Below, piece after piece: positions 7,415 to 8,508 of a stretch of DNA of 8,508 bases (position 1 is its first letter; each line of letters begins with the position of its first letter). Made by a program: the position numbers and the translations under genes. The stretch lies in the IMG/VR virus record IMGVR_UViG_2541047956_000009; one strand, 5' to 3'. Source of the DNA: a virus (lineage: Duplodnaviria > Heunggongvirae > Uroviricota > Caudoviricetes). The notes under the pieces are model-generated. The model worked only from the letters and a program-made list of their open reading frames with translations, ran no database searches and had not been told where the DNA came from.

Positions 7415-8508
7415 GAGGTCTTATTTCTGCTCTTTTGGAGCTCTTCAAAACGATTATGTAAAGATTTCGGATACAGTTCGGTATATACCTGCCATAGCAC
7501 GTTTAATGAACGATGCCCTGTAACTTGGGCGACTTCCTCAATACTAAAACCAGCCTCAAATAAGCGACTTGCCCCTTCTCTACGCAAATCATGGTATCGC
7601 AGATCTTTAATACCTAATTTGCTTCTTACCCTCTGAAATCCCGCAGTAACAGAAGTGCTGTTATATGGAAAAATGAATTCCGATTTTTGGGGCTGTCGTT
7701 GGACGATATCCCAGGCTTCCCCAAGCAAGGCTACTTTCATGTGGTTGCCTTCCTTTTTGCGTGGATCTTTCCTGTCTCTTACGAGTATAGATTTTTGTTC
7801 CTGGTCGAGATCTTCCCATCGTAACCGGCATACTTCTCCGATTCGCATACAGGACCACACAGAAAATTTGAGGATATCAACGAACGGAATTTTTGAGCAT
7901 TTATGTGTAGATCGTTGTTGAAGACCTTCAATGAGCATGTCCAGTTCATCAGATGCCGGTCTACGATTACGACGGTTTGATTTACCAATCAAACCAAGTT
8001 TAAGTAGATATGGACGAGCACTTTTCGCCGGGTTTGATGTGTAATTAATTCCGTATACAGGTTTGGCCGCATCCAGAACACTGCCAAGATAACTAACATC
8101 GTGGCTGACTGTTGCTGGACCTGCACCAGCGTTGTTTCTTAGCCTACAATGTTCAATTACGTCATTTTCTGTCAGTTCGGATAGTTTGATCGCGGAGATG
8201 TCACTATCCATAAGCAGTTCCAGCACATATCTTTTAGTACGACCTGCTTTACCTCCGGCATTTGGGTCATTTAAATATTTGTGTAGTAAGTCACGGACTG
8301 TAAGTCCGTCAACTGCATTTGATGATGGAATGCCATATAGATCTAATTCCATCACTTTCTGTGTACCCCATGTTTTGGCATGGGCATGTTTAGGGAATGT
8401 TTTGCTTTCCCTGTAAGTGATAACACCTTTTTCTTTGATAATCACATTACAGCGATAGCGTGGTGTGCCATCGGATTTTAGTCGTTTCTCTATGTTATAG
8501 TACGCCAT
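7411..8508 (-). CDS. int: Tyrosine-type site-specific integrase (phage integrase family)
   Basis: 365-aa ORF on the - strand whose ATG is the last three bases of the window (it may extend beyond). C-terminal catalytic region has the conserved layout: R in ...CMRIGEVCRLRWEDL, HxxR in RYHDLRREGASRL, and the probable nucleophilic Tyr in GHRSLNVLWQVYTELY. Arm-binding-like N-terminal region. Confidence 0.9.
   Translation of the reverse strand: MAYYNIEKRLKSDGTPRYRCNVIIKEKGVITYRESKTFPKHAHAKTWGTQKVMELDLYGIPSSNAVDGLTVRDLLHKYLNDPNAGGKAGRTKRYVLELLMDSDISAIKLSELTENDVIEHCRLRNNAGAGPATVSHDVSYLGSVLDAAKPVYGINYTSNPAKSARPYLLKLGLIGKSNRRNRRPASDELDMLIEGLQQRSTHKCSKIPFVDILKFSVWSCMRIGEVCRLRWEDLDQEQKSILVRDRKDPRKKEGNHMKVALLGEAWDIVQRQPQKSEFIFPYNSTSVTAGFQRVRSKLGIKDLRYHDLRREGASRLFEAGFSIEEVAQVTGHRSLNVLWQVYTELYPKSLHNRFEELQKSRNKTS

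Noticed and set aside
7367-8416. + strand ORFs 7367-7636, 7655-7921 and 8132-8416, and - strand ORFs 7661-7858 and 7779-7988
   Set aside because: All lie within or antisense to the integrase gene, whose frame has clear catalytic motifs; the first also runs over the LexA-box promoter.

Overview
The window reads as the right-hand end of the late region of a lambda-like phage or prophage, followed by a convergently oriented integrase module. On the + strand: the 3' two-thirds of tail-tip protein J (5'-truncated by the window edge), lom, and a mosaic side tail fibre gene with a lambda-like N-terminus, an internal tandem repeat and a divergent AT-rich C-terminal domain. There is no recognisable tfa; instead there is an AT-rich accessory module of an 89-aa ORF translationally coupled to stf, a 346-aa fibre-like protein with a C-terminal self-cleaving chaperone-type domain, and a GC-richer small membrane protein. 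On the - strand: a tyrosine integrase starting at the window edge, then a DinI-family gene whose promoter carries two perfect LexA boxes. Hairpin terminators follow J, lom and the DinI-like gene. The most interesting region is 4000-7410: a swapped receptor-binding module with a possible second fibre protein, uncharacterised small proteins, and an SOS-controlled DinI paralogue beside int. All homology statements rest on my recollection of lambda J, Lom, Stf and E. coli DinI, not on a search; no attachment site could be placed.
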